DNA of 64,000 nt from assembly GCA_051362555.1 (NCBI GenBank), contig CM120646.1, positions 16,306,001 through 16,370,000 on the forward strand, in the 5' to 3' direction. The notes beneath the pieces are model-generated. The model ran no database searches, had not been told where the DNA came from, and saw only the letters and a program-made list of their open reading frames with translations. The translations under genes and the position numbers were made by a program. The DNA comes from Lingula anatina. Taxonomy: Eukaryota > Animalia > Brachiopoda. The stretch's first letter is position 1. Every line of letters starts with the position of its first letter. Shown one piece after another: positions 13,098 through 27,194 of the stretch.

Positions 13098-16000
13098 ATA
13101 ACAAGTTAGCTTCACGCTATAATGGGTAAGCCGCTAATAAAGGCAGCAACCGCCTTAAACTGCGGTTTTGAGATAACATAAACATTGGCTTTATTTTTAA
13201 AAGCAATGTCAAAGTACTTTTAAAAACATTGTATTGCAATGTAAGAAGGTAGTTAGGTGTTGCCTGATAACCACGTTTGTTTCTATCGTGTATCTACAAG
13301 AAAGACGTATCATGAACGTTAACAACGAACATCTCAGTAAAGCTACAGAGTGTCAAAACATTCTGAGCAAAGCAAAGCAATTCATTTTCCGTTCTCCGGT
13401 TTTTTCTGACATGTATCATTAGATAAAATAGAACTTCTTTTCGTATTCTTTTTGATAGATCTTTTTGCTTTCATCCCCACTATGAAGCTTCATCAGGTCA
13501 GGGATTCTTTCAATAAAGAAATTGCTTGTGGTTTCAGATGCTAGATTTTTAGAAAACACTGCATTATTGCTAACTCAAAACCCTTTTCCGACATTTCTTT
13601 TATTCTTTTTCACTGTTGTTTTTGTTTAGATATCCATAACCAATTTATTCATCTATGTATTCAATCAAAAGTGTCCTTTTTTTGTATTTTAAGATCGGGA
13701 ATCCAAATCGATACGAAAACTCTGTTGAAGACGTTCTTAATTGACCTTTACCCAAATTCAATAAGTATGTTTTCTTAACAAATGCACTGCTACTCTACGT
13801 GTCCTTTAGCCTTCATTGTGTCAACACCACTGTGCCACTTGTGTAAAATGGTAAGGCAATCTCAGTTTTCGTTTGCACGTGATGATTGTTTCATTCTGAG
13901 AAAGGACTGAGAAATGGCATTTGATACAGCCTCTTCGATGGTTCCGTTTAGAGAAAATGTGCGTTATTGTATTGGTGAAATAGAAGTATGTATGTGATAA
14001 AAATTGAACTTATACAGCATACAATAAATCATGCACTTGTCTCTCATCCCAACTTTACCTGAATATAAACAAATTATTGCACTACATCAAATAAACAATT
14101 GCGCATTCCTTGCATTGACATCTCCCAGAGGCGCCTGCTTTTTAAAAGTAGGGCTCAGGGCACGCTGCCTGTCTGTTCTCAAGTTACGCTGCTGTCCATG
14201 CCGTGGTGACTCTCTTATTCCTAATATGATCCGTAAGGGTTTTGTAAATTAGAGCTGTTTGAAGGCCACACGGGCTTTGAAATATTGTGAAAGATGTCGT
14301 GGCGAGCATCAGATAACGGTTGGGTGTGAGAGTGATGGTGTATGTTGTGTGGTAATTTAAGACGACCTACAGGCAGAGGATACGAATAATTGAGGATCCA
14401 CTGTCAGAACCTCGAATTCCACTCTTCAGACATACGTGACCTCTTAAGATAGAACAATGGGAAGCACCAAGAAGTTGTCAGAGAAAAATTGTCCGTGGTG
14501 TATGAGGCGATCACAACTGGACGTAGATGTATCTCAGAAAGCTTAAACTAACCGACCTACGATAAATATATAAGATACTCCCCCGTTAACCGCTGTACTG
14601 AACTGATACGGCATGGTTTGAAAAAGACCCAGAAGTAAAGCCGTTTATTGTTTGACGTATGCAGCTCTTCTTTTGCTTTGAAATCTACAGCTATCTATTC
14701 TACTACTGGTCAACTCGCCCCATTAATATGGTGTTCTCTTGCCATTTGCAGTATCATATTCTCACGCACACAGGAAAAGGCACACGACTAGGTTAAAAAC
14801 GCCGTGGAAATGATCACATTAGTTGCATGAAATCGAATCTTGGCTTCGTTTTCCTGCGTCCCAAAGGACAGTAATATGACGCAAAAAATAAACGACTAAA
14901 AATAATGCTGTCAACCGCATTCCTATATCTTGTACAAAGGTCGTGAAAACTCCTTATATTACACCAAAATTCCCCTTCCAATAGGCTTGATACTCAGGGG
15001 CCTATTGTCTTGGTACACAGTGTTTATTCTATAGAACTCGCTGTACAGCAGTTCTGTTAATGGTGAAAGTAAAACAAGTAAATATTTCCTTTTGGAAAGG
15101 GGTTGGTGCTATTTAAAGCATGAAAAGGTCTTTGTCGACAAGAAAACAACAAAACTGACGAAGAAGAAGTTACCCTTATCTGCAGACTTGTTGCTTAGCA
15201 GCAGTGATGGAGTCACTTATGGAGTCAAGGGGTAACGCCGACTGCGGTTTTATTTCCCTGGTACTCAGTTCCTATTACTGAAGTAAAGGTTGCAAATATG
15301 ACACATTCTGGTCCAGTAAATTGCATTTTATGCGACATAGCTATGGCGTTTATTTTTGTTTAATAACTCAGAAGATACTCCTTCGGGATTTTCAGTAATC
15401 TTTAGATACATTCTGTCAATAGTGACATCAAATAATTGGAAAGCGCCTTATTTCCTTTTTCAGAATTGCTTTCTGCACTAATACGGTTATTTTGTTTTTG
15501 TATTTTTTCCTCGACAGTGAAGGTTGAACGTAATTTCAGCACAGACACGGATTGCCTACCATATTGGGAACATTGCTAAGGAATTCTAGACATGAATGAG
15601 TTAATCTATCAGATTTTTGCCTGTCTGTTTGTCTGTCTGTCCGTCTTGCTGTATTATGAGATACAGTTCCCCTTATGGACTCCCCTTATGATGTATTTTG
15701 AAAAGCTTATCCCAAATATCAGATCTCTATTAAAACGATAATATGACCTTTTTTTTAGCCATTTGGACCGTGTGTGTGTGTGTGTTCGAACAAGGTCAAG
15801 GTCAATTAGAATTCAAGGGCAGATAGCACTGATATTTTTCATGACCGACACTTCAGTTCGGGAAAAAGTGATTCGATTTGTTGAACAGCGTTTAACACAG
15901 ACACATCATTTTTTTCCTCTTTACTGATGAAATCAGAAGTAAGCCTTACAAAAAAGCTTCCTGGCTCCGGGACGTATACAGAACTTATCCTTGTGATTGA

Positions 16001-16370
16001 ATAAACGTTAAACGGTTTTGATAGCTGTTCAGGCGAGGGAAATCGACCAAAATCACTGCTGTTACGGCATCAGCTCGATTGAGCAAATTCAGCTTGGTGT
16101 ATTTTTTTCATGTGACGGCATTATCTCATAACTTGTCAATCTATATTTCCGCATTAGTTAAGCGGATAAGGTAATTGCCCCTTGACGTTTTATTCCCGTG
16201 ACTGAAAACATCACACAGTTTCCAAGAGGATTAAACAGCTCAGTGGTTTTTTTAAATTGATGAACCAAAAAGAATTGATCAACACGTGTACAATACGCGA
16301 GGAATCTCCGCTGATATTAATGTGTGATAGTCAAAATCGGATGTACAATGATAACTGTTGTTATCTTTAG

Positions 16371-16545
16371 CCAATATGACAGGAATGGTAGTCCTAGGAA
16401 TGGGCGTCCGGGGTCCCATATGATTAGATGGTCGCATTAGGGTTAGTTGTGGCATTGGGGTTAGCATATGGGACGAATATCACCTGCACAAAGGCATGGG
16501 GAACGGACGCTTGTTCCTACCTGACTACCATACCTGTTACACCAG
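16371..16545. mobile_element. MITE with degenerate CCGGTGT-type termini and internal (T)TAGGGTTAG-like motifs
   Basis: Inverted arms acaggaatggtagtcctaggaatgggcgtcc / ggacgcttgttcctacctgactaccatacctgt. Ends in gttacaccag, like the 22664 and 53896 elements. Confidence 0.55.
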
Positions 16546-17071
16546 CCATATAGTGAATACAAATGACGAAACGATGAAAAAACGTTCCCAGAAGTTGGTC
16601 GAAAGTGTTATTCAAGTAAGCTACAGTGGCAGTATAATATATCGTAGGCACGGTGGTATTTTTTATGAATGTTAGTACAAGTAGTCTCTTTTCCCCACGT
16701 GAAATATGATGCTATGGTTTTGATATATTTATTAAATTAAAAAACCTTAAACCTTATAATTATGTTAGTACAGTGTACTCTTGGGGTAAATTTAAACCAT
16801 AAACATAAAGTTTTGACACAATATTAAAAGTTCATACTCTAGGGTCACCCTGCACTGAGATTTAATAGCTTACAGAAAGGTGAAAGCAATTCCAGTGTCT
16901 CTATTTTATGTATCACAACCAACGCATAAAAGTACATATTCATTACTCATGTATTTAAAAAATGAGCTCATGTTTTAGTAAAAGGAGTTCGATCTAAAGT
17001 GCACTGCTACTGCATCCCCAACAGACAAGAATAGAGCAGTGACATAAAATAACAAACAGAGAGACAAAAGC

Positions 17072-18336
17072 AATAGCACCTCTCGCATGGTTTCCATTTG
17101 CATGGTGATGATATTCAGTTATACGTTCAATGTAATATTACGAATCCTGATGCTGCCAGAAAGCGAATGCGAAACTGTATCTCAGACCTTAGAACATGGA
17201 TGATAAAGAGAAAGTTAATGGTTAATGACGAAAAACTGTGTTCCTTGTCAAAACCCAGCCACACAATAGAAAGTTAGCTAAGAATATCAGTATAAGAAGT
17301 GGGGGAAGTGTGGTTAAAGCATGACCTTGTATAGTAACAATTTCGGTGTTTATCTTGACGCTACTTTATCAATGGACAGATAAATCTGTAACATAATCAT
17401 GCATGTTCCAATTACGTAATAAAGCTACTTAAAGGCATTATTTGAGTAAATCTCCCACTGCTATACTGTCATCACATAGTCGCATCCAGACTTGACTACT
17501 GTAATACAATGCTGTATGGCTATTCATAAAAAAAAACTTCAACGTCTTCAACGGATTCAAAACATTGCAGCACTGATCCTCACCAGATACCCTCTATCTT
17601 GAAAGAGTTACACTGGCTGCCCATCCAAGCACGTATTCTTTTAAAACTTTTTTCCTACGCACATTCATGCTTCTATGGCTTTGCTCCTTCCTTTCTTTGG
17701 GAACTAGTTTCATTTTATTCTCCTCCCAGTCAGTAACGTTCGTTCGATCACTTATACCCCCTTTACACTGGACGGCGTCCTTTCTGCGACCATGACATTT
17801 GGCATCGCTGTGGTCTTAATAAGGAGACACGAGCATTGCTTTTGTATCAGAATGAATGCTCAATGATCGGCCAGTTGTCGGCACGTAAAGTATTATACTT
17901 TTTTAACTCTCAAATGGGTCCTTACTGCTGGACGCAGAAAGGACTGGCAGACTGAAAACATACAAGATTTTTATGGTATCGGCTCCAGTGGAATAGAACT
18001 AACTGCCACTTAGTTTGCGCAAAATAATGTTGAAAGATGGTTTTAAAAATGAACTTGAAGTTGTTTTAAGTGTGAACAATTAATGTTATTTTGTATTTAC
18101 CCTTTGTTTAATGTCTCAACCGAATTAACGTCTTTTCAAAGAAATTTTACAGCTCAAGTTGTTTCAAGCGTTGAACTGTTATTGTAATTTGAAGTGCACC
18201 CTTTAATTTGATGTCTTAACTGTGGTTTTTCAGCTTGTTTTTAATACCACAATATTTTATCATATTATCATAGTAAAGTCTTCTGAACTTTGAAGGATTT
18301 TAGACTTAAAATAAGTAATATTATTAATATCATTAT
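17072..18336 (+). mobile_element. 5'-truncated, decayed L2/CR1-clade LINE (RT C-terminal half plus 3' tail)
   Basis: Fragmented translation: FHLHGDDIQLYV (YADD box), CISDLRTWM..KLMVNDEK, FGVYLDATLSM, IVASRLDYCNTMLYG, LQRIQNIAA, LKELHWLPI, GFAPSFL, LPLSLR..FKNEL. Ends in an (att)-like tail. Interrupted by a MITE at 17755. Confidence 0.85.
17755..17950 (-). mobile_element. PIF/Harbinger-like MITE nested in the LINE (family shared with 24788 and 38920-40047)
   Basis: TTA followed by tacccccTTTACACTGGACGGCGTCCTTTCTGCG, the reverse complement of the 40047 terminus. Interior matches 24788-25002 in inverted orientation. Far end truncated. Confidence 0.75.
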
Positions 18337-21300
18337 GAAGCTAAATGCCAGGGTTTTTGTTTCTTACAAGTAAATTTAATCTTTATCATAAGGTCCCATG
18401 ATTGCATAACCATATTAAAAAGCCTGTCACGCATTTGATTGAAGATTGATAGAGCCTGTTGTATGTTTAATTGATGACTAGATATATATTCTACTATTTA
18501 TTTTTTACTGCACATAATCCCGTGTGTATGCATGTAGAGGTAAGTTAATAAAATTGAATTGATTGAAAAGAACCTAATTATATAACAGTATACACAAATA
18601 CGATATCATCATGGCACTTGGACGTTTCTAGATAAACCACGAAGAGATAGCATTATACACAAAAGTAGATTTTCATGTATGTGGATTGTAAATGCCATCC
18701 GTACTTTAAGATTACAATCAGCAGTTTCCTCTAACAATCGTGTTCTTGTTTAATGTGTGTTAATCATGCAGGGAAGGATGAAGGCACGGGGGTGAAGCCA
18801 ATCCATTGCCCTTGTCTAGGGGTGAAGGCGTGCTTGAAACAAGCCCCAGACATTGACTTCGACTTGGGTAGCAACGTTGTGTTTTTCCAGACAAAAAAAC
18901 TACCTGAGAACGGACCACGCACTTTCCGTTCTTTTTTCATTTAGGATCATAGGGCCAAAGTAGTGAAAAAAGCAATTATAGGACCAGCTTTTATGGACGT
19001 TTTTCGGGACAAATTTTGGAAACTGTTCTTTGAAATTCAAACAATCAAAAATTGCTCAAAGGTCAATATATCTGTTGGAACCACGGGGGCAATCGCTCTC
19101 TACTTGACTTTTCCATGTATGTAATCAAGATGATCGATAACAAGTCTTGTTTCCTGATGTAATGGAACATTAGACTGCACGTACCGGGATATTAGAATAA
19201 ATGGTGTTGACAATTCTCTCTCAAACGTAGCGGATTATCATCTAAGGAACTTGAATGCTACCAAAGAGTGATGAACACATATGGAATAAAGAGCTGTTCA
19301 TTTGCTCAGCATGTCAAGGAGCAGAATGTCGTATTCATCATTCCATAATTCCAATAATACTGCAGTCGTATCAGAGATAATAGGGACGTCGACATAACCT
19401 CACATAAATCATACTTGCGACAGCTGGGCTGAACAAAATATAATCTGACCCCCTCAAGTCACATCAAAAATAATAATACTCATAATACGATAAAAACCTC
19501 GCAAAAAGAATCTTATATAACACAGACAAGTGGGCTTATTCTCTGGTTTGTGTATCCACATTTTCAAACCCACGCATACATTCGGCGAGCTATCTTATAA
19601 AACATACACGATATTGATCGATAATACGGAAGATTTCGATGACACTTATTTAGGCGTTTATTTGCCAGTAGAAGAATGTTTGATTGGAATCCTGACACTT
19701 GTTGACCGCCGCTAACATTCTAATCCAAAACAAAACCAAACATACATTGTATAATGGCAATTCCGCCCACTAAATGACCTTAACACAGGATCCAAATAAA
19801 TGCATGGAACTCTAATGTAGAACAGTTTCAATTCCTGGCCACCTCTGACAGTACCTTTCCTCGTGCACTTTGGCATGGTGCTTTAGAGTGCTTGACCATT
19901 CATGTTTATACAGGGGATACGCATATGGTGAGTGAGTACTATTGAAACTCATCTATTCTGTTCTGTTGCGTTCCTTTAATGTGGACTAGGTAATTGTTTA
20001 GGTAATTGTAAGGCAGTGGCTATTTACCTCAATACGTTTTGATCGTTTGCCGTTTCATCTTGTGTCTGTTATCCGTTTCGCTCTTGCTTAAGAAACAATG
20101 AGACGTTTCGACAAAATATCAATTCTAGTCAAGTCCAACTTAATGAAAAACGTTATTCAACTTCCTCTCCTTCGTATACTCGACGAGATATTGGCAACCT
20201 TCAATTTTGCTGGAATTTGATTTCCGACTGCATTTCTAGAGACAGAGACAAAATACTGTCACCTTTAATTCGGCTAAGATTACTGACATGGGAAATGAAA
20301 TTCTAACCACCTATGGTACATTACTCAAGGGGTTGTCCCTCAAATGAGACTTGCAAATTGCGTAACAGCTTTCTCCAGTGCCAGGAATATAAATTGCCTT
20401 CGCAAAAATTAAGCCGTTGAGTTATCTCTAGTTTTCAGAATAACAATATCAAATATAATATTCAAATTAAAAAAGTGCTTGAACTTAAATAGAAATGGGT
20501 AAATACTATTACACAAAGACCGGTTTAAGTGTGTCCCTTAATTAATTATGCATGTTATATGTATGTATTGCTGCCTAGCAAAAATCATGTGGGTGTTTTG
20601 GGAGGGGTAGATAATTAAACGCCGTGATATCGCAACCCCAGTACATACCCAGTAATTGTGAACGGTATATTCAATGCAAATATGCCAATGGTTTTGTGGA
20701 AATATGTAGTTCGTTTTACATTACAAATATATGGTCTTGCTAAAAATGATGGATTATTTTAGAAATTAGGGATATAATTTTATTTTAAAAAGTTTTATGT
20801 GATTATTGTCACCAAAACTTTGATATAGCTGGCTGTATAGTATTGGCCAGTAAACACTTTTTAACTTACAAAAGTGGACTATAAAACTCCTTGAGTAATG
20901 CAAAATAGTTGTTTAAAATTGTGTACCCTGTATAACAGAACCGGGCAGAATGACAGGCCACGCGTACAGTATTGATGTTGTCACTGGTGTTTGCCATTGC
21001 AAGTCAATAGTGTTCTGCACATTATAAGAGTGCGAAAGCTTCCACTCTCGGCAGCCGGAAGGTAAACTTGTTAACTTTACTTTTGTGGATGTGGTGGTTT
21101 GCGCAAAAACAAAAGGAAAGTGCTGTTCACGTTGGAACCACTCCAGAGACTTTCCGTAAAATCATTTAGCGGCATCTCACAGAGCAATTTAAACGTCCAG
21201 GCATCAGCAGTGGCCGTCCCCGTAAAGCTACAGTGGAAGGATCGTTCACCCTATCCGATGTGTCGTCAACAGAGAACATGGTCAGCCCCGTCTGTGCGGG

Positions 21301-22663
21301 ACAGTGGCAAAAAAAGCTAAAAAAAGTGTTTCCAGAGGATCAGTTGCCGCCAGGAATGGTCTCGACAACCCTATTGCCGTGAAATTCGTCAATTGGGGTA
21401 TGCTTTTTTTTTTCTTTTTGATGAAGTGAGGTTTATTTTCCGTGGCGTTGTAAGCAGACTCCATGATTCATGTCAAGAAGAAAAATATTAACTGAAGATT
21501 GCGAGATAGGTACTGTTGCCAACGGTGATGTTACGGTTCTTGCGGCCTACGGCCTGCAATTCTTTATTAAGTTCGAACCAATCTGGTGTTTCCCAGATAA
21601 AGCGTAACTGCTGACGTGTACATGCAAGTTCTGTCTAGTCGAACAGGAGTGACATTTTCTTCTCTTTGTACTTCTTTAACGCGGTGTTAGGATTACTGAC
21701 CTTCACACATAGGCCAAATAAAGAGGCTTGGGCTAAATTGGCATGATTTTAGGAGAAGAGTGACGTTAGTTGCCGTGGTCACTCAATGCTTGGAAAAATA
21801 AACGAAAAAATAAATAAATAAATAAATAAATAAATAGAAAGCATCAAATCGATGGATCTTTTATAATTTACTATCCATCATCATCATAATCATCATCATT
21901 GGGTGAGATCCACTCTCAACAGGTTGTCTGTCATGGATTGATCTTGTGCCATTCGTGTGCTTTTGTTATATTTTTGATTGGTCCATTCTTTTGTCCATCC
22001 ATGTTTCTGTTGGTCTTCCTTTCCCTCGTTTCCCATTTAACTTCCCTTCTAATAACAACCGCTGCAAATTATTTTTTATGAAATGTCCAAAGTTAGTTAA
22101 TTCCCGTTTCTTGATGGTGTTCAATAATGACTTTTATTTATTTTTAGATTACTAATTGCACTTCCTCGTTACTTTTGTGTTCATTTCATGATATTTTTAA
22201 CATTTCCTTTTTCGCCATATTTCAAACGCTTCCAGTTTTTTTTCATTGTTGGTCTTTGTGGGTGTCCATGTCTCTGAGTTGTATAATAATGTTGACCAGA
22301 TGTAAGATTTAATGATATGGAGCCTTGGAGGCCATTAAGAAGAGAAGGTCCGATATATACGTTTTTTGTTTCCAACATTGTGTCTACAGCCGGTACGTGT
22401 GTTCGAATATCTAGCGTGAATCGACAGGTGTTCGGAATAATTCAGTTCCCTACCTTGCATTTACAGCACTATCAGAATAACTTTAGTGCTTTAAATACAG
22501 AGTGAGGCATTGGTCACTTTGCTGTGTTAATTAGGTCAAAGTCTACCCTCCTCCACATGCGGCGTCAAAATTTTCTCTGTGAGTGTTTATATGGTTGTAA
22601 TGGAAAATACAAATCTCGTCAGCTGTGTCATATAATTTTTGCCCTTTAATCTGCCTTTTATTG

Positions 22664-22815
22664 CCGGTTCAACGGTAAAGAGAGTCCGCTTCCCATTCAT
22701 TTCATGTATGCCTCGCCCTAGAATTTGACCCACTTAGGTCAGGCTAACCCCAACCATTATAGCTAAATGGAGGGTGGACTTTCTGAAACACAGACCCTCA
22801 GTTTTGTTACACCGG
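22664..22815 (+). mobile_element. MITE, CCGG...ACACCGG family
   Basis: Colinear with 53896-54067 (gagagtccgctt.ccattcattt...gcctcgccctaga.tttgaccca.ttaggtcaggctaaccc.aaccattata.ctaaatgga); terminus gttacaccgg. Confidence 0.75.
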
Positions 22816-24787
22816 TTTGGTTTTTCTACTTAGTATGAACATAGTTGAGGAAGAAATCAGATGTAGAATGTTCGATATATTGTACGTCTCAAAAGTTTAC
22901 ATACCGGGCCCAGCAGTACACTTTGGTATATGGACAGGTACCTGTACACTTGCCGGTGGTGGTGTAGGCTTTTCACATATAAGTATCTGCATGTCGGGAC
23001 TAGGTTTTGCAGTCTAAATCAATTCAAAGATACGTACATAGTTCCTCTTGCTTTGTACAGAAATGGAATCCCGTGTAAGACAAACTTGAGTTTATACATT
23101 ACCAGTATAATTCTTCATTTTTCAAAACAATTTTGTGAGAATATGATCAAAATACATGAAGGTTCGCTTATTTATCGCAACAAAACACGTTTCTCCTGGG
23201 TGTCATCGTCCTTTAACAGCACTCTGTCTGCTGATCAGTCCAAAATTCACGTGTGCAGAAACACGTGGTTGTGGATATCGTTGACATTTTTGCAACAGTG
23301 AGACTTATGTTCAAGGTTACAAAAGATACCATGCAGACTTGCATCAAGTCAAGTGAACAACCCACTCAAATCTTTAAACCACAACAACGTATCTTCGTTC
23401 TTCGCACGAACGCCATCCAAATATAATGTTACCCAAAACAAACTAAAATTGGTTTGGCCAAGTTGCCATTATGAGAAAAACATGCTAATTATACAAACAT
23501 TGTTGATGTTTTTTTTCAAGGGACAGACAGCATGGAAGCAGAATTGTCATATTTGTTTGTTATTCGGTTGATTAGGTGGTGTAAACTTTAGAGTATCGTA
23601 TGTGTGTGCACATGCACGTTCGATAATTGAGCGTGTACACTGTATGTTGTTTTGTTTAGGTATGGGAGGCTTTCGAACCAAAACCAGAGAAAGTGGAGGC
23701 GACGGCAGCTTTCACCTTGTCACTCCTTCGCCTTGGCAAAATCAAGAACCCGTTAGAACAGGTTATTGAGAACTTAAACAGTTTTTTAACCTTGTTTACC
23801 CTGTGGATTATTCTGAATTTGTGTTTTGACAATTTAAAAAACACATTGTCGCTGACGCACAGAGTATTTGTAATTTGAAATTTTAAAAGTCACATTGTCA
23901 CTGACGCACAGCGCTGTGATTTTAGGGATAAAATATGTCTGTCTTCAATTTTTCCTGTGTCCGCGTTCAGTACAGGGTAAATGCTATAGCCCTATTATCT
24001 TCATTTTCTCTTTTATATTTGCCTATTTATCTCGCAATGCAATTGTTTAAGGATGTTCTCCTTTGTGAAAGTTTAATAAAAAAACAAGATATTAATCACA
24101 CCCCTTGCCGCTATCAGGTGGATTTCACCTTTGGTGATGTGGGATTCTGTCATTTTACTTGTAGGCGTAGTTTTCCCATCATCAAACTGAATACCACCGC
24201 GGCACAAAGACTGTATCTGCAACCGCTAAAATTGTGCGTATCATTAAACTTGTGGTCAGCGTAATGGTAACGTTATCTCAGCCCTTAATGTCACCGGTTC
24301 ATATCTGCTGGGACCTTCGATATTGTGTTATCTGATGCCCTAAACCAACCTTCTGTGATTGAATTTGGCCTTGGTTTTATACTCAATGGTAGTTTCGAAT
24401 TATTTTGATTTTGCTGATTTTATCACACAAATACGCAAAGGGGAGTTTTATGGCACTGCTGTATCAAGATTATGTTAACTATGTGGTGTTTCATCACCCT
24501 TGTAGCAAGCAGTTTCAGAGGAGAGTCCCTTTTCTGAAAAAATGGATCCATTCACTTTCTTATTTTAGCTGGCTCTTCTTGGGAAACGGCATAGAACGCT
24601 AGCACTTTACCTTGTTATATTTGAGAGGGCAAAATTAAAAAAATCCCGGTTCAAAGTTTTCGATTGATTGCCATGATATCCATTGCACACTCAATGTTTA
24701 CAGTATAAATGTATCTGCATATGGTGTGCAAGACCGTATGTATTTAAGATCACGCAGGGAAACTGATCAAGAAATTGATTTCTGTAA

Positions 24788-25002
24788 AGCCTCCTTTTGC
24801 AGTGGACGGCGTCCATTTTGCGTCCCGCATTACGGCCCCGTTTGAGAGTAAAAATACTTAACATGCCGACAACTAGCCGATCATTGAGCATTCATTCTGC
24901 AACCAAAGCGATACCTTTGCCGCCTGTCTACGACCAGAAAAATGCCAGTTTCATGGTCACATAAAGGGCGTAGAAGGGACACCGTCAAGTGTAAAGGGGT
25001 TT
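24788..25002 (+). mobile_element. Complete short PIF/Harbinger-like MITE
   Basis: Imperfect TIRs agcctccttttgcagtggacggcgtcc / ggacaccgtcaagtgtaaaggggttt, flanked by TAA and TTA. Interior matches 39660-39780 and 17755-17950. Confidence 0.75.
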
Positions 25003-27033
25003 TTAGATTTCTCTTTTAATGTATGAAATAGGTAATAGCGAGTTTTATGGAAGTGTTACGAAAACGCATCATAATATATTTCTTGGAATACCCTAGTACA
25101 AGAACCCACCTTGCTTTTTTCTATCAATAGTCCTAACACAAGCACCAAGGTTTCGTGCAAACATAAGGGATATAATGAACATTATCATCGATGCAACTGG
25201 GGCAGTAATTAAACGCAAACCATCCTAAATGTGCAGATATGGTCAATACAAACAATTATGACCAATGGCGCTTTCTCTAGCTGGGGTACACGTTGATACA
25301 TCTCATGTTATAGAAATCCACAGACCGAATTACGAGCCTCGGATTTGAATGCCTACCGGGTACTTAGACATCAGAGATGTCACATAGAAAAATAGTTTTA
25401 TAGCCTTTTCGCTAAAAAAACATATGAAGTCATAAACACTTCAATTTTTTTTTATAACTCACATATGATGCTGGTTGTCCCTCATAATATTAACAGTTTT
25501 GTAGCCGTTTGAAAATTGACATACATCGCGCTAAACATATCTATGTAGTGAAGGGTTGATTGGACACTTGCTGTGCATACTCTATGCGGCCAACAAATCA
25601 GCACGCATTTATTTAACCATGACGTGAAGGCCGACCCGCCGTGTGCCAATTTTCTACAAGGCCCTGGTAATTTTCAAGTAATCTTTTTCAAATTATCCTC
25701 TTCGTTAAAATGAAGATGTTTACATGTACGAAGCCCCAGGACAGCGGTCGAGTATAGAGATGAAATAAAAATACTTTTAAAAAATACAGCACAATTATCA
25801 CTGTTATACTTAAAAATGGTTTGTATATTTAAATTTTGCTTATTTTAAGATAGTTCTTTGTATATTTTAGGTTTATTTAGGTGCACAATACAGAAAAAAT
25901 GAGGATGTTAAGGTTAAAAAGCAAGATGCTCCAACAAAATAGGCATATACATGTAGCCAAATAAAACATTGCAATAATAAAACCCGATATTTAAACCATT
26001 ATTCCACCAAATTAATTCCATTTCTAGCCGGTAATTGTTTCACATAATGTGCGTTTTGTCAATCATCCAACATGCACTATCACATTAAACATACTTACTT
26101 AAAACAGGAACAGAAATTGGCACAATCCCATGAACAACCCATTATTATATATCTATATACGGATTGAAGTTTTTAATAATAACCGTGTTTGCGTTGTTAA
26201 CAGAAGTGCATAGGACGCAAATGTGATGAACTGATTGTAACTAAGTTAATTATTCAGTTGACTTATGAAATACAGTCATATTTATAAAAGCCTGATGTAA
26301 TAAATGTGGAGTAATGAGTACAAGCTACTTAAAACTCGGAGGGAGACATTAATCAATGTCCAATTACTTAGAGGACGTAAAGCACAGAAACCTGTTGCAG
26401 CTTCGGTCCCATAACACAGCATAAACACCGGTGTCGAGTTCAAGTCTGGGCTGTGACGAATGTTATTGATTACCATTGATAATGCACGACTTTATCATGC
26501 AGTGCAAAACTTTATGTCACCACACGGTGGCAGGTGCTTTACTCGACGAAACCCTCAATTTATAATGGCACTCTCGGTGCAATGGCAATGAATAGGATTG
26601 GTATAACGTGTATGTTGCATATACCAGAGGCCCGTAATTGCAAAGGATACTTCAGTATTGACTGCTTCTTGCATGCTTCAGAATTAAATCACCGCATGCC
26701 GTTGCATCGAGCCAGATCAACAGGAGGCTCGATCGTTCCGCAACATGTGAGTGTCAGTCCGCAAAGAACTATGGCAAGGAATCGAAAAACATACGTGATT
26801 AAAAAAAATAGATTCCCAAATATGATGATTATGGAACGTACTTGATTAATATAAGAGTCCCAGATATGATGTTTATGAAACCAATTACAAGAATCGTCCA
26901 GGTCTGTCTTCATTTTCCCCCGGTTGTTATAAATGCCAACTAAAAAAAGGAAACCAAGTCAATTAAATGACCAGGGACCTAGAGCTATCAGTATGTGCGT
27001 CTTTGTTAAGTAACAGAAGGTATGTACGTAAGA

Positions 27034-27194
27034 TATATAAGGTGCACAATCCGACACACGCCCAGAATGTGAGAAGACGGCTGTGGTTGCATTCTTTCGA
27101 GTTCTAAGTACATCGAAATCAAGATTATTCCCTATTCAGCTTGAGCTTCAATTTCTCCCGAAATTCTGCGGGTGCTGTGTAATTCAAGGTGAGT
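27034..27194 (+). promoter_or_regulatory. Candidate TATA box and non-coding first exon, possibly of the GPCR at 34667
   Basis: TATATAA at 27034-27040 and consensus donor AAG|GTGAGT at 27188/27189. The GPCR exon has an acceptor (ttctttacag|) at 34645 that needs an upstream exon. Confidence 0.3.

Noticed and set aside
12732-13109. ORFs with YIYIYI and CVCV runs
   Set aside because: Translations of microsatellites.
15535-15556. TTCAGCAC..CACGGA resembling a REST/RE1 site
   Set aside because: Spacing and right half-site are wrong.
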